64,000 bases of DNA from Lama glama (Eukaryota). Each line of letters opens with the position of its first letter. Position 1 is the stretch's first letter. The notes under the pieces are model-generated. The model did not search any database. It had not been told where the DNA came from and was given only the letters and a program-made list of their open reading frames with translations. The stretch is from positions 85,066,001 through 85,130,000 of the forward strand of contig CM052816.1 of the NCBI GenBank assembly GCA_028534125.1, written 5' to 3'. Positions 1 through 13,271 of the stretch are shown here, piece after piece. Position numbers and translations under genes: made by a program.

Positions 1-1017
1 AATAGCAAATTATGTCATTTTAAAATGTAATGTCGTTACTTCAAAACCTCCAGCCATTTCAATTAAAAAGAGTCAATCTGTTAATAATCCAGATGTTTCA
101 TTTTAATTATACCAACAAGCATCTGGATATTTTGGAACATCTGCTTGGCTTTCTGTTTTACAACATCCAATTTTAACTTTTGAATTTAACCATAGCTTTT
201 GTCTATTAAGAAATATGGGGTGTACATACACATACCCATGAGCTTATAACTTCATGCAAAAATTGCCTCTAAAATCCTAATCCTCAAATAAATTAATGGA
301 TGTATATAACAGGCCTTTTAAAACCACATTTAATAACAGAGTTATTACCAGCCTAATAAAATATGCACGCATCTCTGTCTATATCTATGTGTTGTGTACA
401 CATGGGTATGTGATTTATATAATCATGTATATGGTAAAGAAAATTAGACTGTTTTAGGTGACTAGAAGAATAGTGTCCTGTGGTTAGCAAAAGTGAAATC
501 TATGTCATATGTTAGAAAAAATTAATTTTCCTTTAAATGCCATCCTCACACTGTTTTCAAGGTACCTAAAACATATTACTGAAGTTTAAATTCTAAAAGT
601 TTAGAAATATGACACAAAATATCTATTGTTTTCTAGTAAATACATAGAAAGACAAGTCCCTAGTCTATGAATGTCCCTTTAATTAATATAAAGAAATCTG
701 AATGCAAGTTGTTAACCCACAAAAAGTAAGTGATCATGAATGAGTTCTTCCTTTTAAAATATTTTGGGAATAAAGCTGTAATAATTATAAAATGATGAAA
801 TTTATTTCCTTCTATAACCTTAATTTTCCCTAAATAAGCACAAACATATTATTTTATGTATTTTATAACCTGTTCTGACAGTAATGCCATTATTTCAATA
901 ATGCATCTAGAAACATAGAGCACTCACTTCGGAAATAGCACAAAAGAATGCAAAGTTTTTATAAACACTTGAATTTTTACATGTATAATTATGTTAGAAT
1001 TGCCTGATCGTCTAAGA

Positions 1018-1055
1018 AATATATATATATATATCTTTTAATTAATTATAGTTAC

Positions 1056-1087
<32 letters not shown>
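1018..1087. repeat. two (TA)n microsatellite tracts
   Basis: (TA)n runs at about 1018-1034 and 1059-1087. Confidence 0.9.
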
Positions 1088-1091
<4 letters not shown>

Positions 1092-1214
1092 ACTACCTGG
1101 AAACAAACCCTGTCTAGTGTTAATATTCAGGATTAAAATATTAACTGAAGAAATGTGTAACTTAATTTTCTGCAAATATGTAATTAATTTATAACATCAT
1201 TCATAATAGTGTGC

Positions 1215-1904
1215 TTGTAATTCTTTGTGTGATATGAGACAGTAGTCCGGTTTAATTCTTTCACATGTAGCTGTCCAGTTTTTCCAACGCCACTTATAGA
1301 AAAGATTATTTTTTCTTCATTGCATGTTCTTTTTTCCTGTGTCATCAATTAATTGTCCATATATGTGTAGGTTTAATTCTGGGCACTCAATTCTGTTCCA
1401 TTGATCTATGCGTCTTTTTCTTCCAGTACCATGCTGGTTATGTAAAATGTAATTTGAAATAAGGGGATGTGGTAACTCCAGCTTTGTTTTTGTTTTGCTT
1501 TATTTTGTTTTGTTTTGTTTTTAACCCCAGGATTGCTTTGGCTATTCAACGTCTTTTATGTTTTCATACAAATTTTAGGATTTTTTTGTTCTATTTCTGT
1601 GAAAATGTCACTGGGATTTAACAGGAATTGTATTGAATCTGTAGATTGCCTTAGGTAACAACATTTTAACGATGTTAATTCTTCCAAACTGAGCACAGAA
1701 TATCTTTCCATTTCTTTGTGTCTTCTTCAGTTTCTTCAACAATGTCTTATAGTTTTCAGTGTACAGATCTTTCACCTTCATCGTTAAATTTATTCCTAGG
1801 TATTTTATTCTTTATGTTGGGGTTTTAAATGGGATTGTTTCTTAATTTTTCTTCCCATTAGCTTGTCATTAGTGTACAGAAATGCAACAGATTTTTGCAT
1901 ATTG
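1215..1904 (-). mobile_element. L1 ORF2 fragment (3' half), decayed
   Basis: Antisense L1 text such as catgtagctgtccagtttttccaacgccac, gattgctttggctattc and ttaaatttattcctaggtattttattc; ORF 3750..3953(-) shows the homologous region in the neighbouring copy. Confidence 0.9.
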
Positions 1905-2106
1905 ATATTTATTGAACAACTTGGGGGTAAGAGGGGTGTCAACCTCCCATGTAATCAAAAATCTGCATATATATGTTTACAGTTTGTTCTCCGTATCTGC
2001 AGTTCTACATGTAATACTTGTAATGCTTAATGCTTATTTATTTTAAAAAAATTGATGTGTAAGTGCACCTGTGCCTTTCAAATTCCTGCTGTTCAAAAGT
2101 CAGCTA
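1905..2106. mobile_element. Tigger3/MER8-type non-autonomous DNA transposon (MITE)
   Basis: Inverted termini ttgaacaac (1912-1920) and gctgttcaaaagtcagcta followed by TA; internal ctccgtatctgcagttctac; same family termini as 47520-47836. Confidence 0.75.
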
Positions 2107-2161
2107 TAGTTTATGGTTTTAGATGCTACTGTAAATGGAAATATTTTCTCTATTTCTTTTT

Positions 2162-2998
2162 CATCAGCATTTACTGCTTTAACTTGCTCTCTAATTTTAT
2201 GGAGATGGCGTCCTTCCTAAAATGTCATGAACCAACCTCTGCTAGTTTTAAAACTTTTTTCTGCAGCTTCCTCATCTCTCTCTGCCTTCATAGAATTGAA
2301 GAGTTAGGTCCTTGCTCTGGAATAGGCTTTGGTTTAAGAAAATTTGGCTGGTTTGATCTTCTTACCAGACCACTAAAACTTTCTTCATATCACCAATAAG
2401 GCTGTTTCACTTTTTTATCATTTGTCTATTTACTGTAGCACTTTTAAGAGCTTTTCTTTTGCATTCACTACTTGGCTAATTGGTATAAGAAACCCAGCTT
2501 TCAGCCTATCTCAGCTTTTGATGTGCCTTCCTCCCTAAGCTTAATTATTTCTAGCTTTTGATTTAAAGAGAGAGATGTGCAACTTCTTCTTTCACTGAAC
2601 ACTTAAAGGGCATTATAGAGTTATTAATTGGCTTAATTTCAAAATTATTATGTCTCAAGGAACAGAGAGGCCCAAGTAGAAAGTGACATGACAGAAGAAG
2701 GAATGGCTGGCTGGTACTCAGAACACACACAACATGTGTCTATCGAGTTCACTGTCCTATATGAGTGCAGTTTGTAGTACCCCATAACAATTATAATAGT
2801 AACATAACAAATATAAAAATGATGAAAAAGTTTGAAATATTGAGAGAACTACCAAAAGGTGACAAAAAAGATATAATGTGAGCAAATGCTGCTGGAAAAA
2901 TGATACCAATAGACTTGCTAGATGAAGGGTTGCATTTATTAAAATGCAATATCTGCAAAGCTCAGTAAAGTGAAGGGCAATAAAATGAGAGATGCCTG
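2162..2998 (-). mobile_element. Tigger1 DNA transposon, 5' portion (left TIR plus start of decayed transposase)
   Basis: Reverse complement begins caggcatctctcattttattgcccttcactttactgagctttgcagatattgc, as in the Tigger1 5' end, and continues with ttaaatcaaaagctagaaataattaagcttagggaggaaggc and agcagaggttggttcatgac. Confidence 0.92.
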
Positions 2999-3750
2999 TC
3001 TCTATGTGTATCAGCAAGATTGGCCTGCAGTTTTCTTGCAGTATCCTTATCTGACTTTGGTATCAGGATAGTGCTGGCCTTATAAAATAAGTTTGAAAGT
3101 GTTGCCTACTTTTCAGTTTTTCAGAAGAGTTTGAACTAGCATTAATTTTTCTTTAAAAGTTTGATACAATTCACATATGGAGCTATCTGGTGTTAAGCTT
3201 TTTTTCTGTTGGGAGGTTTTTGATTACTGATTGAACCTCCTTACTTTATATTTGTCTGTTGAAATATTTTTTTTCCCTCATGATTCAGGCTTGGTAGGTT
3301 GTATGTTTCTAGCAATTTTCTATTTCTTTTAGGTCATCCAATATGTTGGTGTATAATTGTTCATTGTAGCCTCATGATCCTTTGCATTTCTGTGGTGTCA
3401 GTTGTAAAATCTCCTCTTTCATTTATGATTTTATTTATTTGAGCTATATTTTTTCCCAAGGTAAGTCTAGCTACATTTTGTCAATTTTGTTTCTCTTTTC
3501 ATAAAACCAGTTCTTAATTTTGTTGATTTTTTTCTTGCTTTTCTCTTCTCCATTTCATTTGTTAATGTTCTGATCTTTGTTATCACCTTCTGTTTGCTAA
3601 CTTTGGATTTAGTTTCTTACTGTTTTTCTATCTCCTTGAGGTGTAAAGTTTGGTTGCTTATTTGAGACTTTTTTTTTAATGTAGGTATATATTACCATAG
3701 ACTTAGCACTTCTTTGCTGCATCTCATAAATTTTAGTATGTTGTGTATTC
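2999..3750 (-). mobile_element. L1 ORF2 fragment, decayed
   Basis: Antisense L1: gattggcctgcagttttct, ctttggtatcaggatagtgctggcc, ttttgattactgattgaacctcc, ctttgctgcatctcataaatttt. A short piece at 2109-2161 likely belongs to the same element. Confidence 0.9.
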
Positions 3751-5208
3751 TAAATGTGCCTAACAGTCCTAAAAGAAAACAAAACTGGAAGACCATGCTT
3801 CCTGATTTCAAAACTTACTACAAAGCTACAGTAATCAAAATAGTGTGCTACTGGATAATAACAAACATATATACCAGAGGAATAGAATAGAGAGTTCAGA
3901 AACAAACCCTTGTATATATGTTCAAATGTTTTTTGACAAGGATACCAAGGCAATTAGATGGAGGCAAGACAGTCTTTTCAACAAATGGTGCTGGGAAAAT
4001 TGCATAACCACATACAAAAGCATGAAGTTGGACTGTTACCTATATCATAAACAAAAATTAACTAAAAATGGATTCATGACCTAAATGTAACACCTAAATC
4101 TATACAACTTTTAGAAAATGTACAGGGAAAAAGCTTCATGACTTTGGATTTGGCAGTAATTTCTTGGATAAGATACAACAGACAACAACAAAGAAAAATA
4201 GACAAATGGACTTCATGAAAATGTTAAAAACTTGTGAATTAAAGGCCACCATCAACCAACAGAATTGGAGAAAATATTGGCAAGTCATATGTCTGAAACA
4301 GATTTAATAGCCAGAATATATAGAGAACTCCTACAATTCAAGAAGAACAACAAAATCACCTGATTCAAAAATGAGTAAAAGAATTGAATAGATATTTCTC
4401 CAAAGAAAGGATGCAAATGGCCAATAAATACATGACTCACTAATCATTAAGTAAATGCAAATTCAACTATAATGAGATACCACCAATAGAAATACTACTA
4501 TCAAAAAAAAAAAAGAAAAGAAAACTAATAACAGAAAATGGGAAGGATGTGGGAAATTGGATCCCTTGTACATTATTGATGGAGATACTAAGCTGCTGAG
4601 GAAATCAGTATGGTAGTTCCTCAAAAACCTAAACAAAATTAGCAAATGACTCAACAATTCCATTTCTGAGCACATAATCAAAATAACTGAAAGTATGATC
4701 TGGAAAATATATTTTTACACTCCTGTTCAAAGCATTATCCACAATAGCAAAAGTATGGAAGCAACCCAAGTGTGAATCAATAGATGAAAGAGTAAGCAAA
4801 ATGTGGTATATACATGCAATGGAATATTATTAATCCTTGAAAAAAAAGACAATTCAGATGTGTACTACAACATGGATGAAACTGGAAGACATTATACTAA
4901 GTGAAATAAGTGACTTCACAAGAAGACATATACTGTATAATTACACTTATGTGAGGGCCTTAGAGTAGTCAAAATTATAAAGACAAAATAGAATGGTGGT
5001 TGCCAAGGGTAGGGGTGAGAGGAAATAGGGAATTATTTATTAATGGATCCAGTGTTTCAGTTTTGCAAGATGGAAAATGTGGAGATGGATGGTGGAGATG
5101 ACTGGACAACAATATGAATATACTCAATACCAGTGAATAGCACATTTAGAAATGATTAAAAACAGTAAATTTTATGTTAAGTACATTTTACCCCAAACTG
5201 AAAAAAAA
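3751..5208 (+). mobile_element. L1 (L1MB-like) ORF2 3' end plus 3' UTR and A-tail
   Basis: ORF 3845..4084 reads DSLFNKWCWENC (L1 ORF2); ggaagcaacccaagtgt; 3' end gtaaattttatgttaagtacattttaccccaaactgaaaaaaa. Confidence 0.92.
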
Positions 5209-6384
5209 TGACATATGTATACATAATTCTAGATTAACATGAAAGTGTTTACTATCTCTGCCCTATCTCCACTTCTACCCTGTGTCCCTGGTATCTAAAC
5301 AGTCCCAGGTACAGTGTATATGTTCAGCAACTATAGTTAAAATAATAAAATTTGGATTAATTTCTAGTTGTTTAATAGAGACAATTAGGCACATTCTCTG
5401 TATTTTCTCTTCAAACATGTCTGGTTAATGCTCATCCAAGGAATACCACTTGTATAAAGTTTTGAAAATAAACTCACCTATTCCATAGAAAGATGAAACA
5501 GTCTGTCTTGTTTACTAGTCTTTTGTATCTTTATCCTTTAAAAAATATACAAATGCGTTTTTCAAAATAAAATGTGCATACTGTTTTTCAAATAAAAGAG
5601 TAAAGCTTTTTTTCAAAACAAAAATACAAGGGTCAATGATTGACATAAAATAATGAAGAACAGTAAGTCAAAAAAATTTAAATTAAATTCAAAGTGTTTG
5701 CTTTAAAAGCAGCCTTAATTCAACAGATACTCATAGAAGTTTAAACAGTAACAAGTTACATAAAAGTTCTTAATCTCTTTAGATAATAAGAAATGCACTT
5801 TTCTTAGGGAATATAATACTGACAGAATTTTCCAAAAATTATATGTAGAAATATGTGCAGAAGACAGTGTTGCATAAATTAAGGGTGGAGCCATCTCATG
5901 TGGATATTAGAAATTGCTTTTTAACTGATGTTGGTTGTTAGTTATTTTGTGTACTGAAATAGTCACATATCCACTGAAATAAATTACTTCCATTTTCACA
6001 TATAGTAGAACTGTATTGCTTCCTGGATGCCTCGGTTCAGGCTGAAACAGAAATATTTCTAGTAACAATGCATAATGGCGAGTTTAATTTTGCAGCTTTA
6101 AGGTGAACCAATCAATAAATGCAAGAAAACATTCATCACAGTTCAGAAATACCTTGAGTCCTACACAGAGAGAGGAATTTAAAAGAACAAACAAGGATGA
6201 ATGATAAAGGGAAACAAAAATAGTTTTGATAAAACACATCTTTATTCAGAGATAAACATAAAACAAGATCAACAAAATCTGACAAACAAAATTGTAGAAA
6301 AACAATTCAGCACAGGATTGCACACACTTGGAAATGAATTAATATAAGAAGTGATATATTTTAAAGTAATTGTTATGCATTTGT

Positions 6385-6592
6385 CCACAGTGGTTAAAAT
6401 CACAGACTCTACTCAGATGGCCTAGGTTGAATCTGCTCTGCAATTTCAGAGTAGGACCTCAGACAATTTGCTTAATCTCCTGGCGCCATCTATGAAATAA
6501 ACATGTATTTCATATGGTTGTGCAGATTAAATGAACCCTTGTTCAGCATGGTGTCTGGCAAATGGTAATTTCTAAATAAATATTAGCCATTA
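6385..6592 (+). mobile_element. MIR SINE
   Basis: cagtggttaaaatcacagactct...ggttgaatctgctctgc...gacctcagacaatttgcttaatctc...ggttgtgcagattaaatga...tgtctggca...aataaatattagc. Confidence 0.8.
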
Positions 6593-7871
6593 GTTTTAGT
6601 ACTATCAACAGATCAGATGTATGTATAAAACAAGAGCTAAACATCAAAGGAGACAAATGGCTAAGCTATTTTTTTTTTAAATCAAGTGAAAGGGGAGATG
6701 AGTGAGATTTAAAAAAAAAAAGATTGAAAATAAAGTGTGAATGCAAAACCAGGATTTAAGTAGCTTTTAGCATATTAAAAGTAGAACTGGCGCTAGGAAA
6801 AATTGCATTTGTGATGTTTTCCCAAGGCAGGAATAAAGGATAGAGAGAAAAATGAGGAGGACTGTAAGCATCATGGCTAATAATAGTGAAGGGAAAATCA
6901 GAGTGCCTAATATGACGAGATCATATCTCACAGGATTTACCTGGATGATTCCAGCACATTTTTCTCCCCATCAGCTCTTTGACAAGGGCAGTTTTTCCCT
7001 GTTCAAATGAACTTCAAAGCAATAAATGGTTCAGGAATCTGCAGTGTCAGATTCCAGTCTCCACAGCAAGTTTTGCTGTGCCTGGGCAGCAGTGTGACCA
7101 GAGCTAGCGTAAAGGGACATAAAGAAGCCCTAGAGAGCCAGGTGGGCAAGAAAGGGCAGAGAAAGATGCACCGCCCAGGGTTCATTGTGAGTCTAACAGG
7201 GAAGTGAATGTGACCCAGACAAACAAAATATTCTTATTTTTTTTTACTAAATCTGACTTTTCGTTAGTTTCCTTTTCCAAAGTTTTCTGCCTTCCATTAA
7301 TCTGAGACTGTTTTTATTTACAGTTTTTCCCCTCTACTCACTTGAAAGATGCACCCATAGGAGAATTTCTGAAACTCTCTGTATCTGTTGCCTTCACCAG
7401 GCAAGTAGGTTGGGAGCTATTTTGCCTTCCTGAAAGGTTGTTATAAAATTTGAATTAGCTTAATGTTATAAACTACACATGGAAAATAGTAAAAAAAAAA
7501 TAACGATCATTATCTTTTTTCACTCCATATTTGGATTTGTTTTTAAATGTATTGATGCTTTAACTAGCAAATGTGAAGACAGATTATCTTACATATCATG
7601 TAATTGATGCATTTATATTTTAAAAACTTTGGATATGCATCCTTTGGACTAAAAAGATGTGCTTTTAATTTCCAGTCCTTTTACCTACTATTCTGACAAC
7701 ATGCAGCATATCACTTAACTGGAATGATGATTTTCTAAATGGCAACTATTTTCACAAAGGATATTATATCTATGAATCTATATGACATCTATGTGTTTTT
7801 ATGTATCTGACTATAAATAGATGATAGATAATCTGTATCTATACATATACCTATATAGATTGATCTATATA

Positions 7872-8423
7872 TGTTAGGTAGTTAGATAAGTGGGGGCACC
7901 ATGCAGATAGGTGGAGGAGAGGGAGAATGTTCCAGAAGATGGTGTTATGCCCACCTCCAGCGTAAAGGGACTTTACTTCTAAATGAGCACCAGCAAGAAA
8001 CTGGTTAGAACCCGACAGCCACTACAGCACAGTAGCAGCAAGGACATAACTGGACACACTTAATAAACTAATGTTTATTATACTATAATTAACATTGCGG
8101 TTTAGGGCACCCTCATGGGTTTTTTCTGTGTACACCATGGTAAGGACATGCACAGAGGGGCCAAACACGACTAGGCATTCCAGGAACAAGAACTGTCACT
8201 CAATCAAGAGACCATCTCTAAGCCAGCATATAAGAGAAAGGGGAGACAAAAACTGCTGCTTTCCCTCCCTTGGAAAAGCCCACCTCCATTCTTGGCAGTG
8301 TACTTTTCCTTTCTTTTTTAATAAGTCTTTTAAAATACTTCTCTACACAACGCACCATCTCCTGACTGCAAACTTGTCTTTCGGATATGACAAGAACCGG
8401 GGTGTTTACCTTTCGGGATAACA
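7872..8423 (+). mobile_element. ERV1-type solo LTR (young, lineage-restricted family)
   Basis: TG...CA termini (tgttagg...gataaca); flanks tata/tatg (4-bp TSD, 1 mismatch); TATA-like tataaga near 8229; inverted homolog at 14866-15406. Confidence 0.9.
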
Positions 8424-9059
8424 TATGGACTGATGTAGAGACAGACATAGACATAGAGGTATATTCTAAGTGTGATAGGCTTTGATAGTGTGAGATGTAT
8501 GGATCTATATTTTTTCAATGCATAATTCTATAAGGGTTTATTTGAACAGTAAACAATATTGGTACATAGTTTATCCTGACCAAATGCGTGTAGATAACTA
8601 TTATATTTTTTCAGTGTCCAGGTTTACCTTGGTAGTAATTTTGATATTCAGAAAACTAAACTGTTATAATGGGTTGCTGAAGTCTTTAACATTACAACAG
8701 AAATGTGTTAAATAGTACCCTAGAGGCCTAGTGATTAACACTCAACTGTCTTCAGTAAAAAGTCAGTTCATTTCAAATTCTACCTCCTTCGATTCTCTTA
8801 GTCTGCTCAAACCCATACACGCTGAAGTGATAATTCATGTTCATAATGGTAACTCCGAGGACGTGCCAGACTCCAGTGTACTTTCCTACTCTTTGAAGGA
8901 ATAGTAATATGTTTAGCACTGAGCTAATTTTATTATGCTCCAAGACTTTTCAAATAGCTAATCCTCATATTCTCTAGAAAATATAATAATTAACCAAGAT
9001 TTCTCATACCCCCTATAGCATTCTAGGTAATTAAATTTACTGTATGGAGAATTAATTTG

Positions 9060-9440
9060 AACTCTGTGGATAGTAGAACCCAGCGTTCTTTTATTTTAAA
9101 AGTGCCTTGAGCAGGTTTACTTAACTTCTGCTCTGTTGAACTTTTTTTTCCCATTTTTACAGTTGTAGTATTGATATGCACACTGTTGAGTTAAGGTCCC
9201 TGACACGCAACAGGAATGAATAAATGAGTGCATTGTCATTGTTGTTATCCCTGACATTCTGCTATATCAGTTCATCCCATAACCTTCACTGACAGAGATG
9301 ATGAAAGCAGTTGGTCTAGTGGAACAAGCATCAGGCTATTTTATAAGTTGGTTTATATTCAAAGTTTGGACCTCACATTTATTAGTTGAGTTCCTGAACC
9401 TCAGTTTTTTTTTCCCTCTTATCTGCAATAGGATTACAGA
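9060..9440 (+). mobile_element. MIR fragments
   Basis: gtgccttgagcaggtttacttaacttct and ctgaacctcagtttttttttccctcttatctgcaataggatt core motifs. Confidence 0.55.
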
Positions 9441-9476
9441 ACTGCTGTGCCCTATAAATATATTTATATATGATAG

Positions 9477-10000
9477 TGAAGTGGGAAGCTCCATAAAAAA
9501 GACCGGCAGGACTCCGGGGCAGGGCCACTACTCTCCTGCCAGCACCATCCAGTTCCCTGGCCCAGCGGCTTTATCTCACTTTTTGACTCTGAACCGGCTA
9601 ACTTCTAGGAAAGTGGAACTTACCCCTAAAATTCTATTGGTTCCCTGAGCTAACTCCTGTTTGGTCCACTTGTAGTACTTCATTTGCATGGAGCTCACTC
9701 TTGATTGGTTATTTCTCTCCCTCCTGATTGGTCCATTTCTACAAAGCTTGGTCCTAATTTGTCAACTCTTGTTATACCTTATTTGCATATGATGTTGCAA
9801 AGTGTAAACTGGCAGCCTATAAAAGCCTATGCAAACCTATAGACGGGGTCCAGAGCTTGGAGTGTTAACTCCTCTGGGCCTGCTGGCATAATAAACCTGA
9901 GTTCTCCAACTCTCTGAGTGGTGCTTGGTCTCTTGCCTGGATCCATGTTGCTGTCACAACTGAGCTATAACACTGAGCTGTAACACATTTTTCTGTAACA
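9477..10000 (+). mobile_element. ERV1-type solo LTR with U3 promoter motifs
   Basis: GC-richer block with ATTGG boxes (9636, 9704, 9727), ATTTGCAT (9682, 9781), TATAAAA (9818-9824), AATAAA (9890-9895) and repeated gagctgtaacac 3' end; TG...CA termini with atag/acag flanks (boundaries approximate). Confidence 0.85.
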
Positions 10001-12149
10001 ACAGGAGTTGATAATTTATAACAGCTTATGTAGTTATTGTTATAGGTAAAAAAAAAAAAGACCTGGATGTAAACCAGGCATAAGGATTTGAACAATTTTT
10101 TTAATGTATATATAATAAACATGCAATTATAAAGTTTTTAAGTTCCAAAAGGTATGCAAATACTAATAGTCTTTAAAAGTGAACTCAGAAGTTTATGGAA
10201 CTAAAATGATGAAGTGTGCACATAAAGAAAGAAAGAATCTCTACATCTTTTGTCCAGACAATTCCATATCTATAATGAGAATCAGAAAGCATTATTTTTG
10301 TTTTGAGGGGAAAAATACAAGGTTATTATCTGTTGAAATGCCATTTCTGCTCATTATATTTTAAACAATGTAATCACTTTGTGAAAAGTTGCTTATGTGT
10401 TCAACAATTAATATACTTAACAGTTTTGATGAAGATAGTCATAAACAAGTCTGCAATTACAACGATTGTTTGGTTTTAAGAAAACAAACTGATTTCATTT
10501 TGTGAAGAGTGTCAAGGAAGCACAGTATGATAGCTTGCTTGCTTAGTTGAATATACAATATGCAAAATATTTGTTTTGAATATTGTTGACTTGTGGAAAA
10601 TAATACATTTTCCAAATGCAGATGTTCCCACAAATATACAATTCTGAATGCAGGGTAGTGAAGATTAAATCAAAGCATATGTTAAAAATAGTCAAATTAT
10701 TTTCATCTACAGATATACCTGCTTAGTTTTTAAAGGGTCTTAATAGTATACATAATACTCATGGCTTTTAAAATAATTTGATTACAAATTAGTTAAAGAA
10801 AAGTAGAGTAAAAATTTAACAATAGGTATTTGTCTTCTGATAATAGATAAAAATGTCAATAAAATTCATGCAATCATCATTCTACTTTGATGGTAAAATA
10901 GCTATGTTTTTTAGCTACACTCTGGGGTCAACAGATGATATGTTTCATGGTTTTATATATAGTACTTTATCCTTTGCAAAACAAATGAGTCAAAGTCCAA
11001 ATTTCTGCATGAGGAAATTATATAGAAAGAGATTTGGTCTCTAAACTCAAAATAAATCTTTCAGTATAAATTACACAATGGTCAAATGATGGAAGAACAT
11101 TAAGTGGATTTGAGATTGCAACAAATCTAGAAATCAAATACAGTTTAGCCACAGAGCAGTCAAATATTTTTCTTTCAAAGATGCCCGATGCTGCAAACTC
11201 AATCAGGTAACTAAGAGGTCATTTTAGTAGTGTATGCTTAAATACATGGGTTCAATATTGCCTGCCAAAGCAAAAAATCAGTTACGTTAAGCCGTAGCAT
11301 ACTACATGTAGGACAAACATTACTGTTATAATACGTGGTATGCTGATGAAAGGAAAAAAAAGTCATGCTAATGCCCAAAGTCATGCTATTGAAATAAAGA
11401 CTGCACTGCAAAAGAATCAAAACCAAACATAGTTAATATATATTATATAATAAAAGAAATGAAAGAAATTAGATAAATGTAGGTAAGTGTACCATAATAA
11501 AGAATCAAAGCCTTTCATTAATTTTTCTTTCTTATTGAGTTTCTGTTTCTCCCTTTATATTTTCTTTTCTGAGGTGAGGAGCACCAGAGAGAAATGGAAC
11601 AGAAATTTGAATATTTACCTTAGCTAAACATCTGAATAACTTGAGTAGAGTTTTTTGTTTGTCATTTTTCTGTGTTTGTTTTACTTTATGTTTTATAACG
11701 GATAGCCTCATCACCAGAAAATATGTCTCTAAAGCATTGGTTCCCCCAAAATGGCTAGTATTTAGAATAATCTAGGAAATATTAATATATATGTATGGTG
11801 AAGAATAAATTACTAAATATTGATACAAAGTTTATATTGATTATAACATTAATATAAGTATTAATACAGCGAATATGAATAAATTGAGAAGAGAGTTTTG
11901 AAGAAACTGCATTTGCAATCCATATTTCAATAAAGCAGCTTCTCCAGGGAAACAGAACTTACTAATAAAATAAATTTAGAACCGCAGAGTATAGAATTTT
12001 CCCGTGTAATTTCAATGTCAGAAAAGCTCCAATAAAGACTTTACAATCAGGTTAATGATTTATAAGTTAAAGTGGAAGACCAGATATTCAGGACTGTAAG
12101 AAAAGTAACTTGGCATGTATAGTTTCTGTTATAAACAGTGTATGCGCTG

Positions 12150-12433
12150 TAAACCAAAGTGGGGCCTTTAGTTGGGAGGTGATCAAGTCATGAGGGCAGG
12201 GCACTCTTGAGTGGGATTAGTGCCTTTATTATAAGAGAGGCCCCAGAAAGATCATTCACTTCTACATGTGAGATTATAGTAAGAAGGTACCCTCTATGAA
12301 CCAGGAGCTAAGCCTACATCAGACACCTTGATGTTGAACTTTCCAGCTTCTGGAGTAGTGAGCAATATATTCATTGTTTATAAGTCTTCTAGTACATGGT
12401 ATTTTGTTATAGCAGCCCAAATATACTAATACA
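12150..12433 (+). mobile_element. MaLR LTR (MLT1A/MLT1A0-like)
   Basis: gggaggtgatcaagtcatgagggcagggc...gggattagtgccttt...caccttgatgttgaactttccagc...ggtattttgttatagcagcccaa...ctaataca. Confidence 0.85.
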
Positions 12434-13238
12434 AACTCTAAATTTGGTTTCATTGATCCCAAATGGATTTCTAGACACTGACAAAAATTGGTTGGTTGGA
12501 ATCATGGCAAAGTAGAAACTACTAAGTTTTTGCTTTTTAAAATTTTATTCTCATACATTCATTTCTAGTCTAGGGTCTTCCACAGAACACATTTTTGTTA
12601 TCCTGTAGCTTATGGTCTGGTAAGAAAGCTGGGTTCTACACTGTAATATATATAAATTTTGATTCTTGCTACTGGGTTAGTAGCTGATGTTAAATAGCCT
12701 CATCAATCCTGTTGAGCATGTTTGAAACTCTGAAGAATTGGGTCAACAAGAACACAGACTTAGTGGAAGTATAAATCCATCTTACTAAGTCTGAAGATGC
12801 TACACTACTAACTTTGAATGTCTTTACGCGATGTATCTGCTGAAGAAGGAAAAAAACCTCCCCTCAGGCAGCTTTTAAGAATGCTCTGGTTAATGCTGAA
12901 TGAGACCAGAAAAACCTGGAGGTGGCAGATGCCCAGATTGTGGCAGATGCCCAGATGGTATAATATACTAATAAAAGTGACTTAAGTAGCTAGCTCTCAT
13001 TTTGTGTCAAGATTCCTTCTGAAATTCTAGGGAGCCAAAATAAAGTGACAGATCTTGGGCCTCTATATTTTTAATAAATGTATGAAGTAGCCATCTTGAA
13101 AAACAAATGACATGCAAAACCTTCATCACTGAGGAGAATCAGCTTCTCAATCAAATCATCATTGTTCCTTAATAACATCTGTTTTACCTTCAATGGAGGA
13201 ATTGTGCCTGCTTCACTGTCTTTACTCACCCAACTTCA

Positions 13239-13271
13239 TCACACACAAACACACACACACACACACACACA
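13239..13271. repeat. (CA)n microsatellite
   Basis: Direct reading. Confidence 0.9.

Noticed and set aside
2052..3017. 115-aa and 86-aa ORFs
   Set aside because: They are antisense or out-of-frame readings of Tigger1; the transposase itself is truncated and frameshifted.
12922..12956. Direct repeat gtggcagatgcccagat x2; similar doublets at 55721-55762 and 24261-24290
   Set aside because: These are two- to three-copy slippage duplications without spacers, not an array.
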